From Chiloscyllium plagiosum (Eukaryota), in NCBI RefSeq assembly GCF_004010195.1, contig NC_057719.1, positions 37,500,704 through 37,564,703 of the forward strand: a stretch of 64,000 nt of DNA. Reading direction: 5' to 3'. A model generated the notes under the pieces. That model was given only the letters and a program-made list of their open reading frames with translations. It was not told the origin of the DNA and ran no database searches. The position numbers were made by a program, and so were the translations under genes. Position 1 is the stretch's first letter. Every line of letters starts with the position of its first letter. Positions 13,395 to 26,589 of the stretch are shown here, in pieces.

Positions 13395-13581
13395 GAATTG
13401 GCAATGCTAAATTGCCCATAGTGTCCAGGAATGTGTGAGCGAGGTGGATTACCGTGGGGATTGCAGAGTTACATCAATAAGGCAGGGGGTGGGTCTGGGT
13501 GGGATCCTCTTCAGATGGTTGGTGTGGACTCTATGGGCTGAATGACCTGCTTCCACACTGTAGGGATTCTATGATTCTATG
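13395..13581 (+). mobile_element. 5'-truncated HE1-like SINE
   Basis: ATGCTAAATTGCCCATAGTG...TTCCACACTGTAGGGATTCTATGATTCTATG. Confidence 0.8.
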
Positions 13582-13819
13582 AAGTAAAGTCACTGATAAT
13601 ACTCTGTGGTCCATTAACAGATGGCAATAACCTGCCGACAAACAGCAAACCCTGCCACTCCACATTGCCCACAACTCTAAAACCGATGTATTAGAATAAA
13701 CCAGATTATTGCAAAATGTTGAATGGAGCAGATTTGCTAACAAAAAATAATTCTTGTGTGAAACATTTAATCAGAATTGAAGTCAAATTAAATAATATGA
13801 TTCAGACTCTCAACCTTTT

Positions 13820-14360
13820 TAGAGGCATAGACATAGAGATGTACAGCATGAAAATAGACCCTTCAGTCCAACTTGTCCATGCCGATCAGACCCAATCCAA
13901 TCCCAACCCAATCTAGTCCCACCTGCTACTTGGCTCTTATCCTTCTAAACCCTCCCTATTCATATCGTCATCCAAATGCCTTTTAAATTTTGCAATTATA
14001 TTAGCTTCCACCACTTCCTCTGGCAGCTCATTCCATACACACACCACCCTCTGCGTGAAAAAGTTGCCCCTTAGGTCTCTTTTATATCTTTTCCCTCTCA
14101 CCCTAAACCTATGCCATCGAGACTGGACTCGCCCACCTCAGAGAAAAGATCTTTTCTATTTACCCTATCCATGACCCTCATGATTTTATAAACCTCTCTA
14201 AGGTCACCCTTCAGCCTCTGACGCTCCAGGGAAAACAGCCCCAGCCTATTCAACCTCTCCCTATAGTTCAAATCCTCCAATGCTGGCAACATCCTTGTAA
14301 ATCTTTTCTGAAGTCTTTCAAGTTTCACAACATCCTTCCGATAGGAAGGAGACCAGAATT
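13820..14360 (-). mobile_element. CR1 LINE 3' end
   Basis: Minus ORF MKLERLQKRFTRMLP...LKGDLREVYKIMR; same family as 2012-2795. Confidence 0.93.
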
Positions 14361-15159
14361 CTCACTGTAATTCAATGCAAATACAGACAAGCCATTAAAT
14401 AAATGCAAAAATTGTCATTGTCTCATTGATGGTAATATACTCTTCATGTGGATTATTTAATAGCGTTTTGTTTATTTAGGTTAATAAAAATCCGATGAGA
14501 ACAGTGATGCTGACTCATCATATTATATCACAACATATTTTTGTCTCATTTGTTTCAGCACCTCATCTTGTTCATAATTCTGATCTATTACTGTCTGTAG
14601 CATGATGCTTCATGTAAATTAGCTTGGAATGGATTATGAATATTGTGAATGAATCACTCCTTCATTTCAGCAACAATGATATTTAATCTTATTTGCATTT
14701 TCTTAACCAAAAATGAAATATAAGCACCAGAACCAAACAAATAGAAATGTCATATTTAGATTTATTTAAATTTCACGCGTCACCAAAGAGCATGGCAGCA
14801 GCTATTAAAGAAACACAGGATACTGTGGATGCCTGTAGTCTGAGTTAAAAGTAGGAAATGCTGGGAAATTCTCCATCGACTAGCCAGCATCTCTGACCAG
14901 TTCTGAAGGAAGGTCACAGATGTGGAGACTTCTGTTTCTCTCCACAGATGCTCACAGAAGGCGGTCAAGAGTTAACCACATTGCTGTGGGTCTGAAGTTA
15001 CATGCAGGCCACAGCAGATTTCCATCAGAGAAACAGATAGGTTTTTACAACAATAAACAGGATCTCCATTATACCCAGCTCTCAAATCCAGGCTTTATTA
15101 AATGCAAATTTCACCATCTGCTATGTTGGGATTTGAACTCAGCCTCAGAACATTTCCAC

Positions 15160-15440
15160 GTATGGAGTCAGCTATTACGAGGGGGCATAGCTTTAAATTA
15201 AGGGGTGGTAGGTATAGGACAGATGTTAGGGGTAGATTCTTTACTCAGCGAGTCGTGAGTTCATGGAATGCCCTGCCAGTAGCAGTGGTGGACTCTCCCT
15301 CTTTATGGGCATTTAAACGGGCATTGGATAGGCATATGGAGGATAGTGGGCTAGTGTAGGTTAGGTGGGCTTGGATCGGCGCAACATCAAGGGCCAAAGG
15401 GCCTGTACTGCGCTGTATTCTTCTATGTTCTATCTATTCT
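15160..15440 (+). mobile_element. CR1 3' end inserted in an older minus-strand SINE (~14985-15490)
   Basis: TRGHSFKLRGGRYRTDVRGRFFTQRVVSSWNALP; TTCTATG tail; flanks resemble the SINE at 19905-20275. Confidence 0.88.
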
Positions 15441-15619
15441 ATTGGCCTGGGGTTCTGAATGGTTAGTCTAGTGACATGACCACTACACTGCCTAACCAAT
15501 TGAATCACTTCTAAATAAACAGATGTCTTGCACTTCAGAATGTACCTCTTCAAGAGACTTTCTGAAAACTTGCAAATGACAAACAACACTTGCTCTGCCA
15601 AAGGTCATACAAAGCTGGC

Positions 15620-15970
15620 TATGTGGACTTCAACAGTTTCCTCATTTCCCCTTCCCCCACCTCACCCTAGTTCTAAACTTCCAGCTCAGCACTGTCCCCA
15701 TGACTTGTCCGGACTTGTCCTACCTGCCTATCTCCTTTTCCACCTATCCACTCCACCCTCTCCTCCCTGACCTATCACCTTCATCCCCTCCCCCATTCAC
15801 CCATTGTACTCTACGCTACTTTCTCCCCACTCTCACCCTCCTCTAGCTTATCTCTCCACGCTTCAGGCTCACTGCATTTATTCCTGATGAAGGGCTTTTG
15901 CCCAAAACGTTGATTTTGCTGCTCCTTGGATGCTGCCTGAACTGCTGTGCTCTTGCAGCACCACTAACCC
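15620..15970 (+). mobile_element. Penelope-like element 3' fragment (family A), decayed hammerhead
   Basis: Same layout as 12043-12372; CTGATGAAGGGCTTTTGCCCAAAACGTTGA from 15884. Confidence 0.8.
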
Positions 15971-18085
15971 ATAATTTACTCAGAGCTGAACAGGAGTGGT
16001 AGGACCAGGGCTCTATCCCAGTACTCTACATATTGAGCTGCCAATTACGGCTGTGTACCTTGAGGGAAGCTGAGCACTTTTCCATGTTTGGGCAGGGAAA
16101 TTGGAAAGGAGGGAGAACTCATTCCCAGCTGCTCCTGTATGTTTTCTAGTCATTCATCTCACTGATGCCTGAAATGTCTGATATGCAAAAATTTCCAATT
16201 CTTCTTCCCTCCCTACAGAATACTTGGAAGAGATGCCAACTTTCTGACACTTCATGCAGAGACATTCTCTACGCACTGCCCTTTGCAGTCGACAGAGGTA
16301 CTATTGTGCAACAAAGTAAAATGAGAAACTCAACACTGCCAATTTCTTGTCTTCCATTTTTAACTTCATTTTCTCCAAGCTTTGTTTGTGTGATATTTGC
16401 TCTGCAGGCCAAGGACAAAGTTTATTTCTTCGGCCAAATCTAGTGCTGTGCACTTCCCACAGAAGTATTTCAGGCTAAAGATCAGATTGCTCCTGCAAAT
16501 AGACAGGAGGATGACAATGCATGACTAAGCTGCACAGGTACAAAGTAAAGAAGGCAATTTGCAAACCTGAGCTGTGTTCATTTAAGCAATAGTGTCAGAC
16601 GACTCAGTACTCAAAACACTGTTGAGTGACTGGACCCCTCGACAAGGGGCTCAAAATTAGGCTAGTGCCACTTAAGGACAAACTGTGCTACTTAAAACCA
16701 GTCTTAAAGGGGAGGTGGATCCTGGCTGCAGCAGGTAGTGAATTGTTGGAGTACAGTCAGGTGGTGCAGAGAATGCCAGCTAGCAGGCTCATAGATATTG
16801 GAAAGCCCTGGGACATGAGGTGGTTAATAGCTTCTACAAGCTGCCAGGAGCCTGTCAAGATCATCCCTTAGAAGAAATGGCAGCAGGTACTCTGAAAGGA
16901 CTCTGCTAACGGTGTCACCCTGATGAAATGGATGCAGCACCAAAAGAAGCTTCACACAAATGGTCAAGATCAGTGAGTTCATTTTGTAATACCACGTTTT
17001 GCATCTTCAGAAATCTTCCATTCTGCTCACTGCACCTCACCTATATCATTAACTAGAATTCACTGTTGAATGCTGCTTTTGGAGCTTCCTCTCACCCTTA
17101 GCATTGCTGGAAGTTTCACACACACACACACATCTCAGTTTACATACACATACACAGCTACTCAACGGAAACGGCATATCACCCAGACACATCGCACCAC
17201 AATCACCAACACACCTCCTTTTCTCTTGCAGGGCATAACCAAAGGGAGTGAACATTGCTGTATGTCCTCAGCCCAATGGAAGAGACAGTGGTCACCATAA
17301 CTGGACCAGGATTTCTGAAGCCAGGTCATTACTGAGGCTGAGTCCTTAGAAGATTGCAGCAGGTTACTGGCTAACTCACCTTCTTATACTCCCCTTATCA
17401 CCCAATCTCTTGAAAGCTGCTAATGGTGTTTACCTGATACTTTCAATTGCTTGGTCGTGCAGACAGGGTATCTTTCACAATCAAAAGTGATGATACCTCA
17501 GAAATACGAGTAACAGATAAAGCTAATGTCTTAAGTTGCTTCTTTGCAGTAGACACACAAGTGGTATTTGCTGCTGAGAGGATCTTGCCCTCAAGCCAAA
17601 TCAAAACCTGCAGGATACCACACAAATAAATAATGAGGAATACGAATTTCGGTGCCATGTGATGAGAGTGTATAGGCCATTCATTCCAATGACCGATGCA
17701 CGATATCAAACAACATGGAACTTTGACTGTCCGCAGAGGATTGCATGCTCAACCAGTCTGTGCCTGAAAAACTTACAGCATGTTTCCAATATTGGATATG
17801 ATTCAGTTATTGGACAACATTGACTAAATGACCATGACAGAGCTAAGAATTTGGAAATCGATTTAAGATTATAAATCACTCACAGTGTGAATCATTTGCA
17901 TGTGCTAGAGGCTACATATGTTCACAAACAAGGCCCTGTTTTGCAGGTAAAAGGAATATGTCCACATATTGCATCAGGATTTGGAGACAGTGGATCCTTG
18001 TTGCATCCCCACGGCAACGCCCTGATCAATCAGAGTCTCCTTATCTGATTTAATTTTAATCAGTTAACTAAGATTGACAGTTAAT

Positions 18086-18430
18086 ACTTCCTGCTGCATC
18101 TCCATGCCAACCACAGTCCAAATAATCATGACCCTCTTCCTCGGCTGTATATAAATTGTTATTTCCTTTCGAAGTTTTCTTTCTTATGTTGCAGTTCAAT
18201 AAGTGCAAGGTGGAAAGCCCCAACTTTATGTTAGCAATGTTTAACCTTCTACATCCCATCATCTTCCCTGCAACCTGACACTTGTCAGGCAGGTTCAGCC
18301 TGTTGCCATCATGGCTGTAGATAGCAGTGCTAAATGAGTCATTTGGTCTCTCACAACAGCTACACGTGGGAGTGTAGGTCGATGAGTTAGCACAGCAAAA
18401 ATCAGAATGTGTCAGTGAGTGTGTGAGTCA
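18086..18430. promoter_or_regulatory. Candidate inducible enhancer (NF-kB, two AP-1, ETS, RUNX, E-box)
   Basis: GGGGCTTTCC (minus) 18212-18221; TGAGTCA 18335-18341 and 18424-18430; ACTTCCTG 18086-18093; AACCACA 18109-18115; CACGTG 18363-18368; no repeat recognised here. Confidence 0.35.
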
Positions 18431-19029
18431 GAGTTCAGACAATGTACAGCAACCTCAAGCAGGTTTTGACCTCAGCTGTGCTCCAAAGTCCTGCATTTAT
18501 GTTTGAGGTGGAAGAAGAAAATTCAGCACAACTTCATAATACAGCTTGTATTACTGACCTCTATCCACTGATTGCAAAAATTGCAATCACTGGACAATTG
18601 AGTAAAATACATTGCATAGGGAGAAGCAATCCTAGAGTTATTACACCTCCACACCCAAGCCACAAATGACAGAAATTTTGCTGATAATGCAATGTTCTCT
18701 AAATCTTTGTTTATGTTTTTCTTTCTGTTTCCAAGGTAATAACTTTGCATAACAACATTTTAGAAATTCAAGAGCTGTTGCTATGAGACAGTCACAACAA
18801 ATTGAGTTAAGGAACGTTAAACCAAAAATCCAAGAAATTTATGATTCTGTAATTACGGCACAATGCACTTTCTTTCTTCGAGAACATAAACGTTTTTAGG
18901 CTCGTGATTCAGTTACTTTCCCATTGCAAGTATTTTTACAACAAATTAAAGAAAGTTTTCAAAAAAAGTTTTAAAAAAATACTTTTTAAAAAAAATGGCC
19001 TGATGACTTTTCTTTCTCCTGTTGCTCAC

Positions 19030-19262
19030 CAGACAGTCTGAGTGACTAATCTTTATTCCGGGAGACTGCAGCATACCAATGGAGGATTGCTGGCCTCAAC
19101 TGTAGTCCATGCCTTTATATAACAGAATTATAAAACTCTGACATTCAGTTAGCAAGAGGTATACAGACAGATTTTTAATCATCGCAGCACAGACACCAAA
19201 GAGCTGCGCTTGAGCTCCAGAACTGGCTCCTCAATAAATTTGGCAAAGTACTGTCTGAAACC
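19030..19262 (-). other. Candidate non-coding exon or TATA-driven first exon
   Basis: Donor CTG|GTGAGC at 19030; possible acceptor CTCCCTTACAG at 19262; internal TATATAAAGG at 19121-19112; no frame open throughout. Confidence 0.3.
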
Positions 19263-19359
19263 CTGTAAGGGAGTGATCCCTTAACATTTGTATTGAACGC
19301 TACCACACAGTATTACTCCAGTTTTGGGTCAAATTGAGAAGAGTGGTGAAGGTTTACTG

Positions 19360-19580
19360 GAGATCAGGAGGAATTTGTTCAGCCAGAGGGTGATTGTGGA
19401 ACCCGTTCCCACAGAGGGCTGCAGAGGCCAAGTCATTGAGTGTCTTTAAGACAGGGATAGATAGTTCCTTGATTAATAAGGGGATCAAGGGTTATGGGGA
19501 CAAAACAGGAGAATGGGGTGGAGGAACATATCAGCCATCATTGAATGGCAGAGGAGACTCAATGGTCCAAATAGCCTTAT
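19360..19580 (+). mobile_element. CR1 3' fragment
   Basis: WNPFPQRAAEAKSLSVFKTGIDSSLINKGIKGYG. Confidence 0.85.
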
Positions 19581-19904
19581 TGAACATTCAATGTTCCTGC
19601 CCAAAATTCCAATTTGTTGAAATATCTGGTAATCTAAATGAAGTGCCTATGCTGCACAAAATCCTGCCTGAGAGAGTCAGATTGGCAGCCAGGTCAGCAA
19701 GATAAAGTGCTGGTCACTGCCAATTGATGCTGTTTCTAATGTATAAGTGATGTGGCACCAATGAAAATACACAGTGTTGGCATCAATAACACAACACTCA
19801 CATGACACCAAAGATATTATACTGAAGTGGCACCAATAGCACTGCACTGACGCTGGGCAATATCATTACCCTGACATGGCAACAGATCAACAATGCTCTG
19901 ATTT

Positions 19905-20275
19905 TGATATTTATCTTTACTCATTGATGGGATGAGGACTTTGCTGGCTAGGCCAACATTTATTGCCTATCCTGAATTACCCAGAGGGCAGTTAAGGGTT
20001 ATCCACAGTGCTGTGGGTCTGGAGTCATATGTATGCCAGACCAGGTAAGGATGGCAGTTTCCTTTCTTAAAAGGACCTGAGTGAACCAGATAGGAGATTT
20101 TTAAAATGATAATAATGTTTCCATAGCCAATATTAGACAAAAGCTTTTAATTCCAGACTCTTTGTTTTATTGAATACATCTGCCATGATAGGATTCAAAC
20201 TCATTCCCCAGAACATTAGCCTGGGGTTTCTGCAGTACTAGTCCAGTGACATTACCACTAAATTACTACCTCCCC
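19905..20275 (-). mobile_element. tRNA-derived SINE with L2-like tail (family also at 50335-50650, 61580-61810, 62360-62695)
   Basis: Mutual similarity (TGACTCCAGACCCACAG, GGAAACTGCCATCCTTACCTGGTCTGGC); tail shared with the LINE at 7415. Confidence 0.75.
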
Positions 20276-22283
20276 ACCTTATACTTATTCTTACACATAT
20301 ATTCAAATTCTCCATGGCCTCACCTCTCCCAATGCTCTTCATCTCCTTCAACTCTATAATCTTCCAAGAATTCCAAACTTCTCCAACTTTGATCTCCTGT
20401 GCATTCTTTTCCCTTCATTACACCATTAGTGCCCATGCCTTAATCATCTAGGTCCTGAGATGTACGTAATTTTCCTATCAAACCTCCCTACTTCTCTATG
20501 AAATCTAAAATCTTGATTTTTCCCTGTTACTACAACTTGGATGTTGCACTTTGGACATTTTACTAAGTTTGAGACCTTGCATTAATCCAAGTTATAGTCC
20601 GGTAAGAACAATGGTATGTTTAGGTTGCTACTGATGGACAAGACTATTACTGCACTCTTTGCAGAACTTACTGTGAATAATAATGTTTGACTATGTCAAC
20701 ACATATGGTCATTATTTAAAAATTGATCACCAGATGAATCAATAATTATAAAACAATAACAGAGTGCATGATAGGTTACATTGATGAAACCAAGCTGGTG
20801 TTTAATATATTGTTATACAGTTTGAAAAGTTTAAAATGTTCAACTACCGAGAATAAAATTTTTTTAAAGCCCCTCCATTCCGTCAAGTGCTGAGAGTGCA
20901 AAACTTACACATAAGTCCTCCTGAAGTGTCACTCTTGAGCAAACAGCACAAAATCTAGATAAATATTTTAAATGGATTGGCTGGCCAGGTTTTTAATTCT
21001 TCAATTTCTTTCATACTTACCTTGTTATTACAATGAGATTCATTGTATGAAGAATCTGTACTAGGTACCTTTATATCGAAGATGGGACCATAAATGGCAA
21101 CTTGTAAACTTTTCACTGTACTCATGTGAGTATAAATGACAATAAAGCTAATGCTAAATCTAATTACATAAGACAGCCATGATGGTGTATTCCAGACAGT
21201 CACATAGTCAAACACTGCATTCTACTGAGTTGCCGAGTCGAGGTTAAACTTTCACTATCAAGGTGTGTAGCTCGAGTCAGGAAGTTTCTTAATCCATCTG
21301 ATTTAAAGAGCTGCTTCCAACCCTTCTCATGCTCCCAACCATGTCCATTCCCCTCATACACCGATGCCACCTCTCAATTCAGATCCTCCAACCATTCCCT
21401 AATGCTGGCCACTTGCGAGCTCAATTTCCTCTCATCCAATATCAACCATGGACAGACTGCAGGAGCTATGTGGACACTAAACAAAAACTTCTAACAATCT
21501 AATGTAGCTCCTAATCTTGCACAACTGGTGCTGAAAGAAGTCATATTCATAAAACCATTCAAACTTTTTAAATCTCTTCAAATGGTTACTCTCTTATAAA
21601 AGCAACAGGCTGCTATTCAGATTTGCATTAAATACAGTTACTCCTTTAATAGCTCCTTTAAAACTCCCAAAACCAAACTCTAAATTCCCTGCTCAAACAA
21701 TTGTTGCTATTGAAACCCAGCCAAACATTCATAATTAAATAATAATTACCATAGGTAATACCAAACACCTCAATTGAATTGCATGATTTCATTTTGTAAA
21801 TAACACTGCATCAGTCAATAAAACTCTTGTCATTTAAAGTCTCGCTGACATTTTTCATGTTTAAACAGCATGGCGTTTTAAAAACTTTTGATTATGTCAC
21901 ATGGACATTATGCACCTTTCAAGAGCATTTACACTCTGCTTCAATCATTAACATTGTGGCTTAAGACCCTTGGAACAGGCAAAATGAGGGCTCTGTGAAC
22001 TCAGCATTAAGTTCAATGTGATTGCCGTGTTCAGATGTGCCTCCTCTGCATTTCATACTCTATCCTTTCTCCCCATCAGCAAAAATGGGATCTGTCAGAA
22101 ATAGGGTAGAACCTCTGCTTCTAGGTTTTGCCCCCGTTGCTAAAGATCCTTATCTTTGGCCCAACTCAGAGAAAATGTGGCTTTTGCAATTAGAATAACA
22201 TTGAACACACAAATGTTTTAAACTAGCATTTAATTTATCAATTAATTTCAACTGATACAAGTTACTATTTCATACATTGAATG

Positions 22284-22593
22284 TGGGTGGCACGGTGGCT
22301 AGCACTGCTGCCTCACAGTGCCAGAGATCCGAGTTCAATTCCCGCCTCAGGCGACTGACTGTGTGGAGTTTGCACATTCTCCCCGTGTCTGCGTGGGTTT
22401 CCTCCGGGTGCTCCGGTTTCCTCCCACAGTCCAAAAATGTGTGGGTTAGGTGAATTGGCCGTGCTAAATTGCCCGTAATGTTAGGTAAGGGGTAAATGTA
22501 GGGGTATGGGTGGGTTGCGCTTCGGTGGGTCGGTGTGGACTTGTTGGGCAGAAGGGCCTGTTTCCACACTAAGTAATCTAATCTAATCTAATC
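22284..22593 (+). mobile_element. HE1/V-SINE-like SINE, young copy
   Basis: CpG-rich core, B box GAGTTCAATTCC, (CTAAT)n tail; short deletion in the A-box region relative to 11659. Confidence 0.93.
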
Positions 22594-22749
22594 ATACTTT
22601 ACTCTATGTCGACCCTATCACTTCATTTCTACAACGGCGACAATCCCTTGTTTAACTTTAGGGTATTCCTTTACATTTGAAATTAATAATAAGAGACAGA
22701 ATTGATCTACTCAGCAGCTGGGCTGAAGTTAGTTTAGCACCCTTTTTTT

Positions 22750-23095
22750 CATTCCTTCACAGAATAAGACATGACTGGCTGGACCAGCATTTACTGCCCA
22801 TCCCCATATATCCTTGAGAAGGTGGTGGTGAACTGCTGCCGTCCATTTGCTGGAGATATACACACAATATCATTAGGGAAGGAGTCCCAAGGTTTTGATC
22901 CAGTGGCACTAAAGGAACACTGATATATTTCCAAGCCAGGGTGGTAAGTGGCTTGGAGGGCAACTTGCAGATGGTGGTGTTCTGATGTATTTGCTGCCCT
23001 TGATCTAGATGATAGTGATCCTAGGCTTGCCAAGGGCTGTCTAAAGAACCTTGATGAATTTCTGCACTGCATTGTGTCGATGCAAATTACAGATA
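22750..23095 (-). mobile_element. L2/CR1-group LINE 3' tail
   Basis: Matches 7415-8000. Confidence 0.75.
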
Positions 23096-23104
23096 AGTGA
23101 TTTT

Positions 23105-23440
23105 TGAACAAACAACAAAGAACAGTCCAGCACAGGAATAGGCCCTTCAGCCCACCAAGCCTACACCGACAAGATGATTTCCAAACTAAAACCCTTTTGC
23201 CTCTACATGGTCCATATCTCTCTATTCCCTGCCTATTCATGTATCTGTCAAGATGCCTCTTAAATCATTGCTATTGTATCCACCTGCACCACATCCTGTG
23301 GTAGCGCATTCCAGGCACTTACTACCATCTGTGTAAGAAAACCTCTCTCTCACACCTTCTTTAAAATTTCTCCTTTTTATCCTAAACCAGTGGCCACTAG
23401 TAATTGACATTTCTACCCTGGGAAAAAGACTCAGACTCTC
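23105..23440 (-). mobile_element. CR1 3' end
   Basis: Minus MNRQGIERYGP; CR1 3' UTR and TGTTCTT tail. Confidence 0.85.
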
Positions 23441-25184
23441 CAGTCTTTTGTTTAAATTTTGCTTTGAATTTACGCCAAGGTTACTTAACCAATATGATTA
23501 TGTATCACTGTGTAGATGTTGATAATATAATGACTGTATTCAATAGACTTGGCATTGGTTCTTCTATCCATACAGTATGCATAGTTGCAAAAGGTTTTTC
23601 ATGTAGAAAGGTCCCATTTGTTAGTGCAGGTTTAGTGCGCTGATGGAGTTGTTCCTGTGTTGTACTGTTCTTTGTTGTTTATTAAAAATTCACTTATTTG
23701 TAATCTGCATCTACAAGTTAAGTTTGCACAGTGATTTCTAGCTGCAGTACGTTATTCGGCATCAGGTGTTCAATTTCTCATTTATACGAGTACGTTTATT
23801 ATAATATAATCTTAATTGAGGTTATACTGTTTTAATGACAGAGCATAATTATCTCAATATCCTTATTAAATATTGTAATGTATCAGCTTGCATCTCTGGC
23901 TTGGCCAAATTTTCTTTTGTAATAATAATTATGGATGACTGTCTTCTTTTTTGATATAAGATTTCTTTTACATTCTAGCTGTATATTACTTGAGAGTCAC
24001 ATTCATTTGTCTTGGCTACAGTATATATGGAAAATGGTTTCGTATTCTCTTTATTTTACTTTGCTAGTTGATTGTCATCTTTTCACAGATTACATCAAAG
24101 GACAAGAGATGACAACATCTAATTTGAATTACTTAGTTCTAGGATACAGCACATCACAGAGCTGTAGTGTCAGTTTGTTTCAGGAGTAATGCAGCACATT
24201 GTTTTAAAAATAATCTCCAATGTTGTGTTTATTTAACATGTCCATTTCATAAACAAAGATCTCTTCAAATGTAAAAGATGAAATATTCAACGACCAATAA
24301 CAGATCTGTAAGTGTCCTTTTCTGATAAATAAGTGTATGGATGAGTAAAAGTACAATTTATACTGTTCCAGCCATTTAATTTACTCTTTAAGAGTTGGCT
24401 GAATTAGCTTGACTAAAATGTGCTATTTTCTCAGGACTTCATAATGTCTTCAATTTGTACATGAGCCTAAGCATCAAAAATAACTGAATATGAGCCAATT
24501 ACTTTCAGCTGACATGTAGGACCGAATACTAATGCACTTGGTTAACTTCCAGATGCCAATTATTTCTATCTGCCTATTGTCTGGGAGCTGGCCTAATTTA
24601 GGAAAGTTAGAGAACAGCACGCCAGAATATAGCTCCCAACTGAGTTCCAAATAACAGCAAATGGCCAAACATCAATCGCATCTTGGTCCTTCAGACCACA
24701 GTGAATAAGTGAGGCCTATTAATCTGGTCTCTATGGAACTGGCTGAACTAGTTTACCATCTCTAAAACCCCAATTATATTTACAGCACCAAGTAGATCTC
24801 ATTCAGAGCATCTCAATGTGGTACAAAGTCAACGAAATCCTCCAGGATTCAAAGATTAGTCTTTCCTCGTTCTACTTCTGCATCAGGTGCTGTTAAATGA
24901 CCTGGGAGACGTTCTAACGTCAGGAGCAGCAGGAGATTTTTGCAGTCAGTGGTTCCAGTAACCTGACTCAATTCTGTTTCCTCTAAATCTAAACCAAGGG
25001 CTTCTCTGGGGTCAATGGTCAAGGTGAGAGGTAACAGAAATCCTACAACATTTACATTTAACCATTTGCTGTGATTTTGTTTCAAATACCAGTTAAAGTG
25101 AAAGCACCCTTAAAAGTGATGCAATCAAAAGGTGAATGGTAACCTGAATTAAAGACATTTTGAGGGCTATCAGATTTAGCTTAC

Positions 25185-25337
25185 CTTAGCCACCTCCAGA
25201 GAAACTACAATCTCTACGGATAAGCTGGTTTCTAGACCACTCAGCTAATATATTTCTGTGCTGAAACAAGTGCAGAAACTACAGTTATAACGTTACTCAA
25301 ATTTCAGCACCTGCACTGTTCCTGTCATGTCAGGAAT
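25185..25337 (-). other. Candidate 153-nt non-coding exon
   Basis: Acceptor ATTTATTTTTTTCTCTAG and donor AAG|GTAAGC; stops in all three frames. Confidence 0.3.
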
Positions 25338-25839
25338 CTAGAGAAAAAAATAAATTTAAAAACATAAATAAATTTAATACTGCCTACTGCAGGAAGAAGC
25401 TGTAATTACTGACGATGTAGTTGATACATTCAAAGATAACAGGTGATGTTAAGGATGCAAACAGTAATCTCGGCACAAATTGTGCCAAAAATTGCATCTG
25501 GTTTTAAACATGTATATTGACTGTGTATGTCCTCCCTCAAGTTTCCACTCAACCTGAATTACATATAATCTCAACTCAAAAACCTTCATTAACCTGAACT
25601 GTCAAGGTAATAAGTGTTATTTTGTATATTCCTTGACATATACCCTGTATAAGATTGAGTGGTAACTTGGTGCAGCTTGATTTATGTAATTGAAAATAGG
25701 TGTATCCCAAAAACTCAGCATTTTAACGTCAGTGTGCAGCTCACCACTTCTTAATCACAATTATTTTAAATGACTGAAAATGACATCAAAAGATTATACA
25801 GAACTATTTGTTATTCATAATGGTGTACAATAGTCTGAG

Positions 25840-26110
25840 GGCTGGTTAGCTCAGTTGGCTGGAAGCTCGTTAGTGATGGAGTTACCATGAAGGGCTGTCC
25901 TTCTCAACCTCTGTCCTATCCTGAGGTATGGTAGCCCTCAGGTTAAATCATCACCAGTCACCTCTCTGTCTCTCTAATAAGAGAGCAGCCCTATGGTCTG
26001 GTAACAGACTGGTGACATGATTCACAAGACCGCCACCTCCAATTCTCTCTCCCCTTCCAATGAGGGAGCAGCCCTATGGTCAGGTGGGACTTTGGTGACT
26101 TTACCCTTTA
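25840..26110 (+). mobile_element. Old tRNA-derived SINE (relatives at 45325-45430 + and 53420-53585 -)
   Basis: A-box-like TAGCTCAGTTGG; shared CCCTCAGGTTAAA...GAGAGCAGCCCTATGG core, duplicated internally. Confidence 0.65.
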
Positions 26111-26589
26111 TAATAATCTGCTTTTTAGTAACTTCAAATTTCATTTCAAAGCTTTTAGAGCTTTGTGTTTAAAAGAATCAACGTAATCCCTGGTCTCTGA
26201 GAAGGTCTGCAAGTGAGACCAAATGCCACGGCAATCAATCTAATCTGAAAGTAAGTGTCTGGTGGAGGGATTGTAGCACAATGATCTTAAACTAGCCCAA
26301 AAAATCATGTACACTTGCTTTTCACGAGCTTGATTCTGTGCAAAATTCTGTAATAACTTTGCGCAGTTTTCACCTACTGCAGATACTCCAATTAAAACAA
26401 AACAATGCAGGCATCCCACTCCCCCCATTGGTGGCATTACTGTTTATGAGCTGCCTAAGCTGTTTGCTTCAACATGCGATCAATCTAACATTCACAAGAT
26501 CTCACTACAACATAAACGTAAATCACATTAAACTGGAGATGTGGCTTCACAGCTCAAGGATACTAAAATAAATGTACCAAAATAGTACA

